32,000 bases of DNA, taken from NCBI GenBank assembly GCA_002479765.1, contig DLOZ01000025.1:84774-116773 (forward strand), in the 5' to 3' direction. Numbering within the stretch: the first letter of the stretch is position 1; each line of letters begins with the position of its first letter. The translations under genes were made by a program, and so were the position numbers. The notes under the pieces were generated by a model. The model did not search any database, had not been told where the DNA came from, and was given only the letters and a program-made list of their open reading frames with translations. This document shows positions 1 through 8,500 of this stretch, one piece after another. Source of the DNA: Sphingomonadales bacterium UBA7471 (GTDB lineage: Bacteria > Pseudomonadota > Alphaproteobacteria > Sphingomonadales > Sphingomonadaceae).

Positions 1-168
1 GCCGCCAAAGGCGAGCAAGCCCGCGGCAATTGCGGCCAATAACCAGCGTCCGTAACGTGTCCAGAAATGGGTGAGATCGCTGGCGCGGACGGCATCGTCC
101 ACTTCGCGCAAAAACGCTTCGTCGCTTCCGCTCCGGTCTTTTTCAGGGCGCTGTTCTGTCGGTGTCAA
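1..168 (-). CDS. Partial CDS (first 56 codons, continues past the window start): membrane-anchored protein, possibly YfgM/TPR-like
   Basis: The minus-strand frame is open from TTG at 166-168 to the window edge. It translates to (M)TPTEQRPEKDRSGSDEAFLREVDDAVRASDLTHFWTRYGRWLLAAIAAGLLAFGG, an acidic head followed by a hydrophobic helix. It is absent from the ORF track because it is shorter than 60 aa. Confidence 0.3.
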   Translation of the reverse strand, partial: MTPTEQRPEKDRSGSDEAFLREVDDAVRASDLTHFWTRYGRWLLAAIAAGLLAFGG

Positions 169-251
169 AGCCAAGAGGGCCTCCGATTATAAATAGTCAT
201 AATGTGTTGGAGCCGTCCTTAGCCCGACTTGGCTGGATAGGCCAGCCTGCT

Positions 252-1118
252 TTACGCAGGTTGGTACAGCTGTTCGGGTCCGGGGAAGCTGCGGTCACGC
301 ACGCCCGCGGCATATTCGCGCACCGCATCTTCAACGCTGACGCCCATATTGCCGAATTTTTTGACGAACTTTGGCACGCGGTCGAACAGGCCCAACATGT
401 CTTCGGCGACCAAAACTTGCCCGTCGCATTGCGCGGACGCACCAATGCCAATCGTCGGGCAGGCAACTTTCTGCGTAATTTCAATGGCGATAGGTTCCAG
501 AACGCCTTCGATCACCATGGCAAACGCACCGGCATCGGACATCGCGATGGCGTCTTCGACAATCGATTTGGCTTCTTCGGGGCTCTTGCCGCGCACGCCA
601 TAGCCGCCAAGGATGTTCACGGCTTGCGGCGTCAGGCCGACATGCGCCATCACCGGAATGCCGCGTGATGTCAGGAATTCGACCGTAGGGGCCAAAACCT
701 TGCCGCCTTCCAACTTGACCGCAGCGGCTCCCGTTTCCTTCAACAGCCGCGATGCATTGACAAATGCCTGCTCGGCCGAGGCTTCGTACGACCCAAAGGG
801 CATGTCGACGATGACGGCGGCGTGATAGCTGCCGCGTACGACCGCTGCGCCATGCGCGGCCATCATTTCCATCGTCACCGCCACTGTGTGCGGCAGACCG
901 TAAATCACCTGACCCAGCGAGTCGCCGACGAGCAGCATATCGCAATGCGGATCCATCAATTGCGCCATGCGCACGGTATAGGCGGTCAGCATGACGAGCG
1001 GTTCCTTGCCCTTTTGCTGACGGATGCGCGGCACGGTCAGCCGCTTCATCGGCGAAGGCGTCGGGTTCGCACGGCTGGTGGATGTGTCGAACGTGAGCGT
1101 TTTTGAATTGGTAGACAT
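252..1118 (-). CDS. panB: 3-methyl-2-oxobutanoate hydroxymethyltransferase (ketopantoate hydroxymethyltransferase)
   Basis: ORF 252-1145 shows PanB hallmarks: LVMLTAYT, LLVGDSLGQV, AVKLEGG, HVGLTPQ. The start is placed at the MSTNSK methionine (1118); the GTG at 1145 is an alternative. Confidence 0.9.
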   Translation of the reverse strand: MSTNSKTLTFDTSTSRANPTPSPMKRLTVPRIRQQKGKEPLVMLTAYTVRMAQLMDPHCDMLLVGDSLGQVIYGLPHTVAVTMEMMAAHGAAVVRGSYHAAVIVDMPFGSYEASAEQAFVNASRLLKETGAAAVKLEGGKVLAPTVEFLTSRGIPVMAHVGLTPQAVNILGGYGVRGKSPEEAKSIVEDAIAMSDAGAFAMVIEGVLEPIAIEITQKVACPTIGIGASAQCDGQVLVAEDMLGLFDRVPKFVKKFGNMGVSVEDAVREYAAGVRDRSFPGPEQLYQPA

Positions 1119-1182
1119 GGCGGAGGACTTAGCCGCTAAACGCACCGCACGAAAGGAAGAACGGGCGGTGTGTATGTTATAT

Positions 1183-1210
1183 TTGACTCTATGTTAAAAA
1201 TAGCTAACAT
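1183..1210 (+). promoter_or_regulatory. Candidate sigma-70 promoter (TTGACT, 16-nt spacer, TAACAT) overlapping ATGTTA/TAACAT inverted repeats
   Basis: TTGACT lies at 1183-1188 and TAACAT at 1205-1210. ATGTTA at 1191-1196 pairs with TAACAT at 1205-1210, and another ATGTTA sits just upstream. These are possible operators for the downstream XRE regulator. Confidence 0.3.
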
Positions 1211-1243
1211 GAAGTGCGAATCATGTAACATTGGAGATTGTCG

Positions 1244-1666
1244 ATGTCCTTCCGCGAGAAAATTCATTGGATTGCGTTGGTCGGGTTGCTGTCCGCTTTC
1301 GGCTGGTATTTCCTGAACTACCCTTGGGAAATCGCGAACTCGCCCAAGGGAATGTACACGGCTGTGTGGATGTTACTGCCGGTGACGATCATCTTTTTGG
1401 TACCAATGGTCGCGGGGGCCGCCTTTTTTGCGATCCGTTCCCCGAAGGACGCTGATCTGAAAGAAGACGAGCGCGAAAAGGGCATTCATCTGAGGGGAAC
1501 CCATCTGGCCTATTATCCGTTGGCCATAGGCGTTCAGCTGAATATCTTCGTGCTTATAAACGGATTCAATTATGGGTACGCCGTGACCATCCTGATCGCC
1601 ACATTGGTTATTGCCGAACTCATTCGCGTGGGGTCGCAGCTATATTATTATCGGCGTGGCTACTGA
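1244..1666 (+). CDS. Small integral membrane protein (several predicted TM helices), function unknown
   Basis: ORF 1238-1666. An ATG at 1244 is preceded by GGAG at 1233-1236. Hydrophobic stretches include WIALVGLLSAFGWYFL, VWMLLPVTIIFLVPMVAGAAFFAI and VTILIATLVIAELI. Its stop lies 4 nt before the XRE gene. Confidence 0.6.
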   Translation: MSFREKIHWIALVGLLSAFGWYFLNYPWEIANSPKGMYTAVWMLLPVTIIFLVPMVAGAAFFAIRSPKDADLKEDEREKGIHLRGTHLAYYPLAIGVQLNIFVLINGFNYGYAVTILIATLVIAELIRVGSQLYYYRRGY

Positions 1667-1670
1667 CCCG

Positions 1671-1886
1671 ATGGCGCAAACACCCTTCACCAACGATATC
1701 CGCATGCTGCGCTTCCTCGCCGGCGAAATGACGCAGGGCGATTTGGGCGACAAGGTGGGCGTCACGCGCCAGACCATCGCCGCCATTGAGCAGGGCAAAT
1801 ATTCACCCTCGCTTGAGGTCGCGTTTCGCATCGCCCATGTCTTTGGAAAGCCGCTGGAGGAGGTTTTCCAATGGCAGCAGGACTGA
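1671..1886 (+). CDS. XRE-family helix-turn-helix transcriptional regulator (YozG-like short form)
   Basis: The 71-aa product reads MAQTPFTNDIRMLRFLAGEMTQGDLGDKVGVTRQTIAAIEQGKYSPSLEVAFRIAHVFGKPLEEVF, containing the typical Cro/C1 HTH signature (TRQTI..IE.GK..PS). Confidence 0.85.
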   Translation: MAQTPFTNDIRMLRFLAGEMTQGDLGDKVGVTRQTIAAIEQGKYSPSLEVAFRIAHVFGKPLEEVFQWQQD

Positions 1887-1916
1887 CGCGGCTGGCCTTC
1901 GTTATTGGCCTGATCG

Positions 1917-2969
1917 TTAATCGCCCCGTGCCGACACGGCCTCTGCGACATTATCACTGAAAATGCCGTCAATGCCCGTGGCCAAAAACGCCTTCATCTC
2001 GGCTTCCACATCGCCAATGCCGCGCGGGTCGATGCCCGATTTTTGCGCCAGCGGCAGGAAGTAATTTTCGCGGCGGAATGTCCATGGGTGGACGGCAAGG
2101 CCCACCTTATGCGCATCGGCGACAAGCGTTGTGGGCGTGCCCAGATTGCCGATCATCGTGCGCGGGATGACCATCGCCTTGTGCGGGCCAATGCCATCGG
2201 CATAGGTCGCGACCATTTTCAGGCCCTCGGCCGTCGCCATTTGCGAATAGGTCAGATCGCTGCGGTCGGCGGGGCTGCCCGTTTCGTCCATCAGCTGGAT
2301 CAGCCGCAATTTCGTCTTGGGCCGCAACGCTTTTAGATTTTCGACCTCAAATGATTGGATGAAAATCGGCGCGTCTTTTGTGACATGGCCAAAACGGGTC
2401 AGCAGCGCCAGCAACGGCGCCTCATGCGGCAAGCCGATCGACGCGAAATAGCTTGGGTGCTTGGTTTCGGGATAGACGCCGACATTATGCGCCTTGGCGA
2501 GGGTCAGTATCTCTTCAAAGGTCGGGATTTCAAACTGCCGGTCAAACGCCATATTGTCTTGGCGCAATTGCGGCAGGCGTTCCTTCGCACGCAGGGTCTT
2601 GAGCTCGGCCAGCGTGAAATCTTCGGTGAACCAGCCGGTCCTTTTCTCACCATCAATGGTCTTGCTTGTCTTGCGGTCGGCAAACTCGCGCTTCTCGGCA
2701 ATATTGGTGGTTTCCGAAATCTCATTCTCATGCCGCGCGACCAGAACGCCGTCTTTCGTCAGGACAAGGTCCGGCTCGATATAATCCGCGCCCTGTTCAA
2801 TCGCGAGCGTGTAGCTCGCGATGGTATGTTCGGGCCGCTCACCCGATGCGCCGCGGTGCGCGATGATGATGGCTTGGCCGTTTAAGGGTTTTTCCATGGC
2901 GTGGCTTTCCAGTGTCGCGCAGGCGGGTAACAAGAATAAGGTGATGAAGAGGGCGTGCAGATTTTTCAT
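1917..2969 (-). CDS. glpQ: Glycerophosphodiester phosphodiesterase, secreted/lipoprotein form
   Basis: GDPD motif IAHRGASGERPEHT. The N-terminus MKNLHALFITLFLLPAC looks like a lipoprotein signal. The start is placed at the MKNLH methionine (2969). Confidence 0.85.
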   Translation of the reverse strand: MKNLHALFITLFLLPACATLESHAMEKPLNGQAIIIAHRGASGERPEHTIASYTLAIEQGADYIEPDLVLTKDGVLVARHENEISETTNIAEKREFADRKTSKTIDGEKRTGWFTEDFTLAELKTLRAKERLPQLRQDNMAFDRQFEIPTFEEILTLAKAHNVGVYPETKHPSYFASIGLPHEAPLLALLTRFGHVTKDAPIFIQSFEVENLKALRPKTKLRLIQLMDETGSPADRSDLTYSQMATAEGLKMVATYADGIGPHKAMVIPRTMIGNLGTPTTLVADAHKVGLAVHPWTFRRENYFLPLAQKSGIDPRGIGDVEAEMKAFLATGIDGIFSDNVAEAVSARGD

Positions 2970-2994
2970 ATCGCCTTCATGGCGGCGCAGCATG

Positions 2995-3351
2995 TCATTT
3001 CTGCGACATGACCGGTTCCCATTCGGATTCCTTGAAACCCACCAGCAAAGTCGGGCCGCCTTCGACGACGGGCCGTTTGATCATCGACGGGTTGGCGACC
3101 ATCAAAGCGATGGCTTTGCCCTCATCAATGTCGGCCTTGTCGGCATCGGGCAATTTCTTGAACGTGGTGCCGGCCTTGTTCAGCAGCTTTTCCCAGCCAA
3201 CTTGGCCGGCCCAGCGCGCCAGATGCGCTTCGGTCACGCCTGCCTTTTTATAATCATGAAAGACAAAGCCGACGCCGCGCGCATCAAGATAATTCCGCGC
3301 CTTTTTGACGGTGTCGCAATTGGGAATGCCGTAGAGGGTGATGTGTGACAT
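2995..3351 (-). CDS. ArsC/Spx-family reductase-like protein (YffB type)
   Basis: The C-terminal 118 aa of ORF 2995-3807 start MSHITLYGIPNCDTVKKARNYL, the conserved CxxV/ArsC-family N-terminus. The upstream 150 aa of that ORF look non-coding. Confidence 0.8.
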   Translation of the reverse strand: MSHITLYGIPNCDTVKKARNYLDARGVGFVFHDYKKAGVTEAHLARWAGQVGWEKLLNKAGTTFKKLPDADKADIDEGKAIALMVANPSMIKRPVVEGGPTLLVGFKESEWEPVMSQK

Positions 3352-3520
3352 GGGTTTCTTTCTGGTGCGCCTTTGTGGGGTGGTGAAGTGCCATCGCATA
3401 TTCTTTCGGCTTTTTCGATGAAAGCTTTGCGCGTGATGGTCAAAAAAGCGGATTGGCAGGTTGAGACCCACTATCGGACGGAGCCAGAGAGAGCTAAACA
3501 CAACTGAGGGAGACTGGACA

Positions 3521-3862
3521 ATGGTGCTGCTTACAATCGGGTCTGCTTTCGTTGCCGTGATAATATGGCTTGCGCTTCGCGCCAATAGCCGGTTTTCCAG
3601 TGAACGGCGCCTACCCATGCAATGGTGGCTCAACGGGGACGTGACTTGGTATGCGCCACGTCGCATAGCATTGGCCTTCATTCCGGCATTAGCAACCATT
3701 GTCTTTGCCTCATATGTTGCCCTTAGCCTCACAACAAAACCCAGAGCTGGTGATGAGCAACTCGTCATACCCGCTATGTTCTTTATGGGTTTTCTGTTGC
3801 TGGGCATTCAGTGGCTTCATTTATATTTGGTAAGAAGAACACTGGATCGGAATGGCGGCTAA
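3521..3862 (+). CDS. DUF1648/SdpI-like small membrane protein
   Basis: An ATG at 3521 follows GAGGGA. Hydrophobic helices are present, along with RLPMQWWLNGDVTWYAPR, which resembles the DUF1648 pattern. G+C is visibly lower than in neighbouring genes. Confidence 0.45.
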   Translation: MVLLTIGSAFVAVIIWLALRANSRFSSERRLPMQWWLNGDVTWYAPRRIALAFIPALATIVFASYVALSLTTKPRAGDEQLVIPAMFFMGFLLLGIQWLHLYLVRRTLDRNGG

Positions 3863-3906
3863 CGCTGCAACCGGGCACACACACCGCACTCACACACTCC
3901 GCCGCC

Positions 3907-4003
3907 GCCCCCTCCGTCACCCTGAACTTGTTTCAGGGTCTTACTTTTTCTCGAGCGGTGCAGAATAAAGACCCTGAAACGAGTTCAGGGTGACGAAGGG
4001 GGG
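3907..4003. repeat. REP/MITE-like palindromic element, family 1: two inverted copies of a hairpin unit CGTCACCCTGAACTYGTTTCAGGGT
   Basis: The left unit at 3914-3939 and the inverted unit at 3970-3996 are flanked by a C-run and a G-run. The same unit pair recurs at 22983-23063. Confidence 0.75.
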
Positions 4004-4313
4004 TGTAACATGGCCCGCCACCCTTAGCGCCTCCGCCCTACCCCCTTCGTGCCTTTGTGCCTTTGTGCGCCAAAACATCGCCCCCACCCTATCGGGCTTA
4101 ATCGCGTTTTAGCGCACGCGTTACGGTGGTGTCTCGAAAGGCCGATACGCAGTCCTGATAATGATTTCACCTCGGTCCAGAGTAACATCGAACAGTGTGG
4201 CAATCTGACGACGAAACTGGGTCAACCGATCATTGCCGCTGAATTCCGGCTGACTGTCGAATGCAGATTGGGTGGTTTCGTGTGCACCGGCAATCACCCG
4301 CACTGCCTGAGAA

Positions 4314-4523
4314 TTACTTATAATGCTCGCGCCGGTCGCCGAAATCGCGGACGCGTTTGCGCCATGCGCGATAGCTGCCGGGTTTCAGCTGCGTGCGCAT
4401 GATTGCTTTTATCTCGTCGGGTGTAACGCCATGCTGCGCCGAAATCTGTGTGAAACTGATATGGTCGGACAACGCCATTTCGACGATTTCGCTGAGCGCG
4501 GCGGGGGATAAGGATGATGGCAT
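4314..4523 (-). CDS. DUF2805 / TIGR03643-like small protein
   Basis: The sequence MPSSLSPAALSEIVEMALSDHISFTQISAQHGVTPDEIKAIMRTQLKPGSYRAWRKRV matches my recollection of that family pattern (L.PxxYRxWRxRV). Its start lies 5 nt after the upstream GFA gene stop. Confidence 0.6.
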   Translation of the reverse strand: MPSSLSPAALSEIVEMALSDHISFTQISAQHGVTPDEIKAIMRTQLKPGSYRAWRKRVRDFGDRREHYK

Positions 4524-4528
4524 ATATG

Positions 4529-5014
4529 TTACGCCCGCCAATCGTCGGTATCATGGTCGGGATGCTGATGGTTGCTGGCTTTGATCGCCGGGGCAAATTC
4601 CGCCATCGTCTCTTCGGTCGTGCCTTCATCGGCGATTGTGCAAAGATTGCCATACCACGGCATGCGGCCTTCGCTGCCGAATTGCGCGCGGGGCGGGAAA
4701 GCGGCCGGATTATCGAGCGACCCCGTGGTGACGTTCAGATGCTTGCTCGTCGCATAATCATAAAGCAGCGGCGTTCCGCATGTGGCGCAAAATCCGCGCG
4801 TGACCGGGTCCGAACTTTGGAAAATCGCCGGCGCGCCGCGTGTCCATTGGAAGGCATCGCGCGGGATGCCGATCAGCGCGGCGAAGAAATTGCCCACGGC
4901 CTTTTGGCACATGCGGCAATGACAAATGTGGGAGCTGTCCAGCACGGCATCGGCGCGGTAGCGCACTGCGCCGCATTGGCATCCACCGGTCACTATTGTC
5001 TCTATGCGTTCCAT
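4529..5014 (-). CDS. GFA-family (CENP-V/glutathione-dependent formaldehyde-activating fold) zinc protein
   Basis: Cysteine motifs GGCQCGAVRY, CHCRMCQK and FCATCGTPL are present. Confidence 0.85.
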   Translation of the reverse strand: MERIETIVTGGCQCGAVRYRADAVLDSSHICHCRMCQKAVGNFFAALIGIPRDAFQWTRGAPAIFQSSDPVTRGFCATCGTPLLYDYATSKHLNVTTGSLDNPAAFPPRAQFGSEGRMPWYGNLCTIADEGTTEETMAEFAPAIKASNHQHPDHDTDDWRA

Positions 5015-5051
5015 GCCGCCGTCTTCGCGCCATTCGCCGCCGAGCGCAATA

Positions 5052-5324
5052 TCAAATACCGAACAGATTCTGCCAGCGCGGGTCCGACTTTGCGACCTTT
5101 ACCAGAAACGGACATGTGGGCCGCGCTTTGACGCCCATGGCTTCGATCTGTTCGAACACGCCCGTGGCGAGCCGCGCCCCCGCGCCCGTCCCGCGCAGGG
5201 CGGATGGCACTTCGGCATGCGGCAATATCATGACGTCGTTGTCCCAGCGGATGGTGACATAAGCATCGCCCGCCTCCGTCGGCATGTTGAACCGGTTGCG
5301 TTCGGGTTCGTAAGTGACGGTCAT
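5052..5324 (-). CDS. Small GNAT-like N-acetyltransferase (YjdJ type)
   Basis: The 90-aa product is MTVTYEPERNRF...LRGTGAGARLATGVFEQIEAMGVKARPTCPFLVK. The start is placed at 5324; the longer ORF-track start at 5387 would run across the island junction. Confidence 0.7.
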   Translation of the reverse strand: MTVTYEPERNRFNMPTEAGDAYVTIRWDNDVMILPHAEVPSALRGTGAGARLATGVFEQIEAMGVKARPTCPFLVKVAKSDPRWQNLFGI

Positions 5325-5338
5325 GGCTGTGTAAGCCT

Positions 5339-5352
5339 TATTCCCACTCAAT
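5339..5352. repeat. Distal att core: orphan copy of the guaA 3-prime terminus
   Basis: TATTCCCACTCAAT at this position matches TACTCCCACTCAAT at 18018-18031, with 11 nt identical (5342-5352 versus 18021-18031). The minus strand reads ATT GAG TGG GAA TAA, that is I-E-W-E-stop. Confidence 0.75.
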
Positions 5353-5376
5353 AACCACACTATTAAAAACACCCAC

Positions 5377-5390
5377 AAAATCAACAACTT
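5377..5390 (+). repeat. Candidate arm-type site, motif A (AAAATCAACAACTT)
   Basis: One mismatch to AAAATCAACGACTT at 17991-18004. Same orientation as the other copies. Confidence 0.5.
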
Positions 5391-5406
5391 GCGCTTTGTT
5401 TTTTCT

Positions 5407-5424
5407 TGTGTGTAACTTTTGTGT
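5407..5424 (+). repeat. Candidate arm-type site, motif B (GTGTGTAACTTTTGTGTA)
   Basis: 16 of 18 nt match GTGTGTCACTTTTGTGCA at 17958-17975, in the same orientation. Confidence 0.5.
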
Positions 5425-5476
5425 AGGTCTGAGCATGGTTTCGAGGCCGTTTAGAGAGCAGCTTAACTTCAATCGA

Positions 5477-5489
5477 ATCAGCGACTTAG
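5477..5489 (+). repeat. Candidate arm-type site, motif A (AATCAGCGACTTA)
   Basis: One mismatch to AATCAACGACTTA at 17938-17950 and 17993-18005. Confidence 0.45.
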
Positions 5490-5524
5490 CTGTCCTTAAG
5501 GTTACACACTGTGCGGCCTAATTT

Positions 5525-8500
5525 CTAGGCTACCGCACGCTCTCGTATTTCCTTAAGGACTGCCCTAATTTCGTCGACCCTTGCGATAGAGAAGATTGCA
5601 GTGGGTCCTGTAGAAGCAAGATCAATGAATGGGCTCTCATAGAGCCTTTCATCACTCATTGCACCATCTTGCGTCAGCTGATCCACTATTAGCTTCAAAA
5701 AGGTTATCTGCTTGGTGTTTGCACTAGTATCGCTCAAAAACCGCGCCATCGCCTCTAGAGCCGCATCCTTCTCTAAGCCAATCAGCGACCGAACGAATAG
5801 GCCAAGACCATTACCTTCTTTGCTAGCTTGCTCTACGAGCTCTTTATTGCCGTTGGCTTGCTCAAGCAGTATGCGCTCCAACTCCTCTAAATCGGTCTTG
5901 GTGATGGGCACATTCCTTCTGAGCTTGTTGAGGGCGAGGTTGTCTTGATACTGCCTCAAGAAGTCGCGTGTTTTCGCCTTGAACCGCTCGTAATCAATTC
6001 CGTCGCTGCCAATAGGCAAAGTGATTACCGTGCTCTCGCCTAGCTCGTCCTCAAAGTCGGTGTAGACGATATTGCGCTTGGTCTTCTCGATCAGCTTCAT
6101 AAGCATGCGCAACTGCTTGCGTACATGCTCCAACATTCCGACTGTGACGCCTTCCCACCACTCATCGGATGCGACGCTCTGAATAAGAGGCATCTGCGCA
6201 CGAATCGCAGGCACATTGCTCTGCTCCTCAAGCGCCATCATGATCTGCTGTATCACCGTACGCAGCTTCTCATCGACCGCAAGCATCTGCAGACAGTTGA
6301 GCTGAGCATTGAGAATCATGAAATCAAACCGCTTGGCTTCTTCTTCAGTGTCACGTAATTGTGAAGGAAGGTGGGCAAGGTTCTCAGCAATTTCAGTCAG
6401 CTCAGGATTACCCAAGCTCTTCCAAGCGTCCCTAACACTGTATTTTTCTAACCAAAGACGCTTGGGACGAACGATGATGTTGTCCAAGGTCATCTTGGAG
6501 ACGATCTCATATAAATGGGTTGCGAGGGAAGCTTTGAGGTTTTGTTCGTGCTCTCGCTGATCTTCTGAAGGCTTGGGTCTATTCTGATTGTCAATTTCAC
6601 CGATCAAACTGAGGCGCATCTTGAACAGCTTGGTGTCGAGGCTCTCAGTCTTGCTGCCATCAGTCAATTCAGGATTCTGATTGAAGTACTCGAAGTTCTG
6701 ACAGAAATCGAAGATGTAGAAAAACTTTTTGTGCTGATTAGGGCCATAGACGTTTTCACACAACCGCGTACCACGACCAATCATCTGCCAAAACTTTGTA
6801 CGGCTGTGGACTTGCTTAAAGAACACAAGATTTAGAATTTCAGGCACGTCAATGCCTGTATCAAGCATGTCGACACTGATGGCGATGTGCGGATCGCTTT
6901 CTTTCTTGCTAAAGCTGTCAATCAAGCTCTGCGCATACTCTGTCTTGAATGTGATAACCCTTGCGAAGGTGCCTTTGTATTGCGGATAATTGACGTTGAA
7001 CCGCTCTGCAATGAACTCAGCATGATCATTATTCTTGGCGAAGATGATTGTCTTACCAAGTCGATCACCGCTAGCTACACGCTCGCCTTTGGTCATGAGA
7101 TGCTCAAGAACACGGTCAACAGTGTCCTTGTTGAACAGCCATTGGTTCAGAGCTTTTGCAGAAACTTCATCAGGAGCTTCACCATCTCCCCAATCAAGTT
7201 CGTCCCACTGCTGCTTTTCTTCTTCGCTCAAATTCTCGTACTTGATGCCTTCGCGTTGAAAGCGCAGCGGCACTGAGACTGCGACAGGCGGAACGAGGTG
7301 CTTTTCGCGAATAGCATCTTCCAAGCTATAGGCGAATGTAGGGACACCTCGCTCTAGCTGAAACATGCGATAGGTGTTGTGATCAACCTCGTTTTTGGGT
7401 GTTGCTGTAAGTCCGACGAGGTAAGAGTCGAAGTAGTCGAACAGAGCGCCATATTTGGCATATATGCTGCGATGGGCTTCATCAACGATCACAAGGTCAA
7501 AGAAGCCAATGCCGAACTTGCGCGTCTCTTCCTTGCTGTTGTTGATGAGGTTCAGCATCGTTGGATAGGTGCTGACATAGACGCGACCATTGGCATCCGC
7601 GTCATCAAGCAGATTGACGATCCCTGCACTGCTGAGATGCTTACCAAACTCGCGTGAGGCCTGCTTCACGAGTGAAATACGATCTGCTAAGAACAGAACA
7701 CGTTTCACGTAATTGGCTCGCATCAGTAGATCGACAAGTGCGATCACTGTTCGCGTCTTTCCTGAGCCTGTCGCCATCACCACAAGGCTGCGCCGCTGCT
7801 TGTGCGTCTCTATCGCCTCTGCAACGCTGCGAATGGCCTGCTGCTGATAGACGCGACCTGCGATTTCGTCATCGATCTTGATGTCCGCGAGAACAGCCTT
7901 AGTGGTGCGTCGCTGCATCAGCAGCTCTAGCTCATCGCGAGTGTGGAATCCTTGTACACGCCTAGGCGGCGCAGCACTGTCATCCCAAAAGTGATGCTCA
8001 TAGCCATTGGTGTAGTAGATGACAGGCCTACGCTTGAATTTGGCCTCTAGGCAGTCTGCGTAGAGCTTGGCCTGCTGCTGACCCACACGAGGATCGCGCT
8101 TGGTGCGCTTAGCCTCAACGACTGCAAGCGGCAAACCGTCAGCACCCCATAGCACATAGTCAACAAAGCCGATGCCCTGATTGTTGGGCATGCCCTGCAC
8201 TTCATACTCGCGGTCTTGCGGTTTGTCTAAAGCAAACCCTGCCTCATTCAGCAGCAAATCAATGAAGTAGTCACGTGTCTGCTCTTCGTTGTAGTCGTGA
8301 GTGTCCTTGACGGCATCGTTGGCAGCGCGGACACGAGCGATTTCTTCTTGCAGCTGTGCAAGCTCTTCACGCAAGGCAACGTTGGCCTTCTCTTGCTCAC
8401 GCAGCTTTTCTTCAGTCGCCTCAAGCTGTGCGATTGGTATGGCCGCTTGCGTACGTGAAGGAGGCAGCTTGGCAGCGTCAAACTGCAGCGAAGGATTTGG

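Noticed and set aside
197-945. Multiple overlapping ORFs on both strands within 162-1106
   Set aside because: All overlap panB, which has strong family motifs. They are GC-rich alternative-frame artefacts.
3352-3807. N-terminal 150-aa extension of the ArsC-family ORF (ORF 2995-3807)
   Set aside because: The conserved family N-terminus (MSHITLYGIPNC) begins at 3351. The extension overlaps the divergent membrane gene region and looks non-coding.
4121-4303. 60-aa minus-strand ORF as a gene
   Set aside because: It has no SD and no recognisable motif, and it overlaps an equally unconvincing plus-strand frame. It may be a gene remnant, but that is unsupported.
5325-5387. Longer start for the GNAT ORF (MLILWVFLIV...)
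   Set aside because: The extension would run through the orphan guaA stop/att core into island DNA. The composition changes there, and the family-sized protein starts at 5324.
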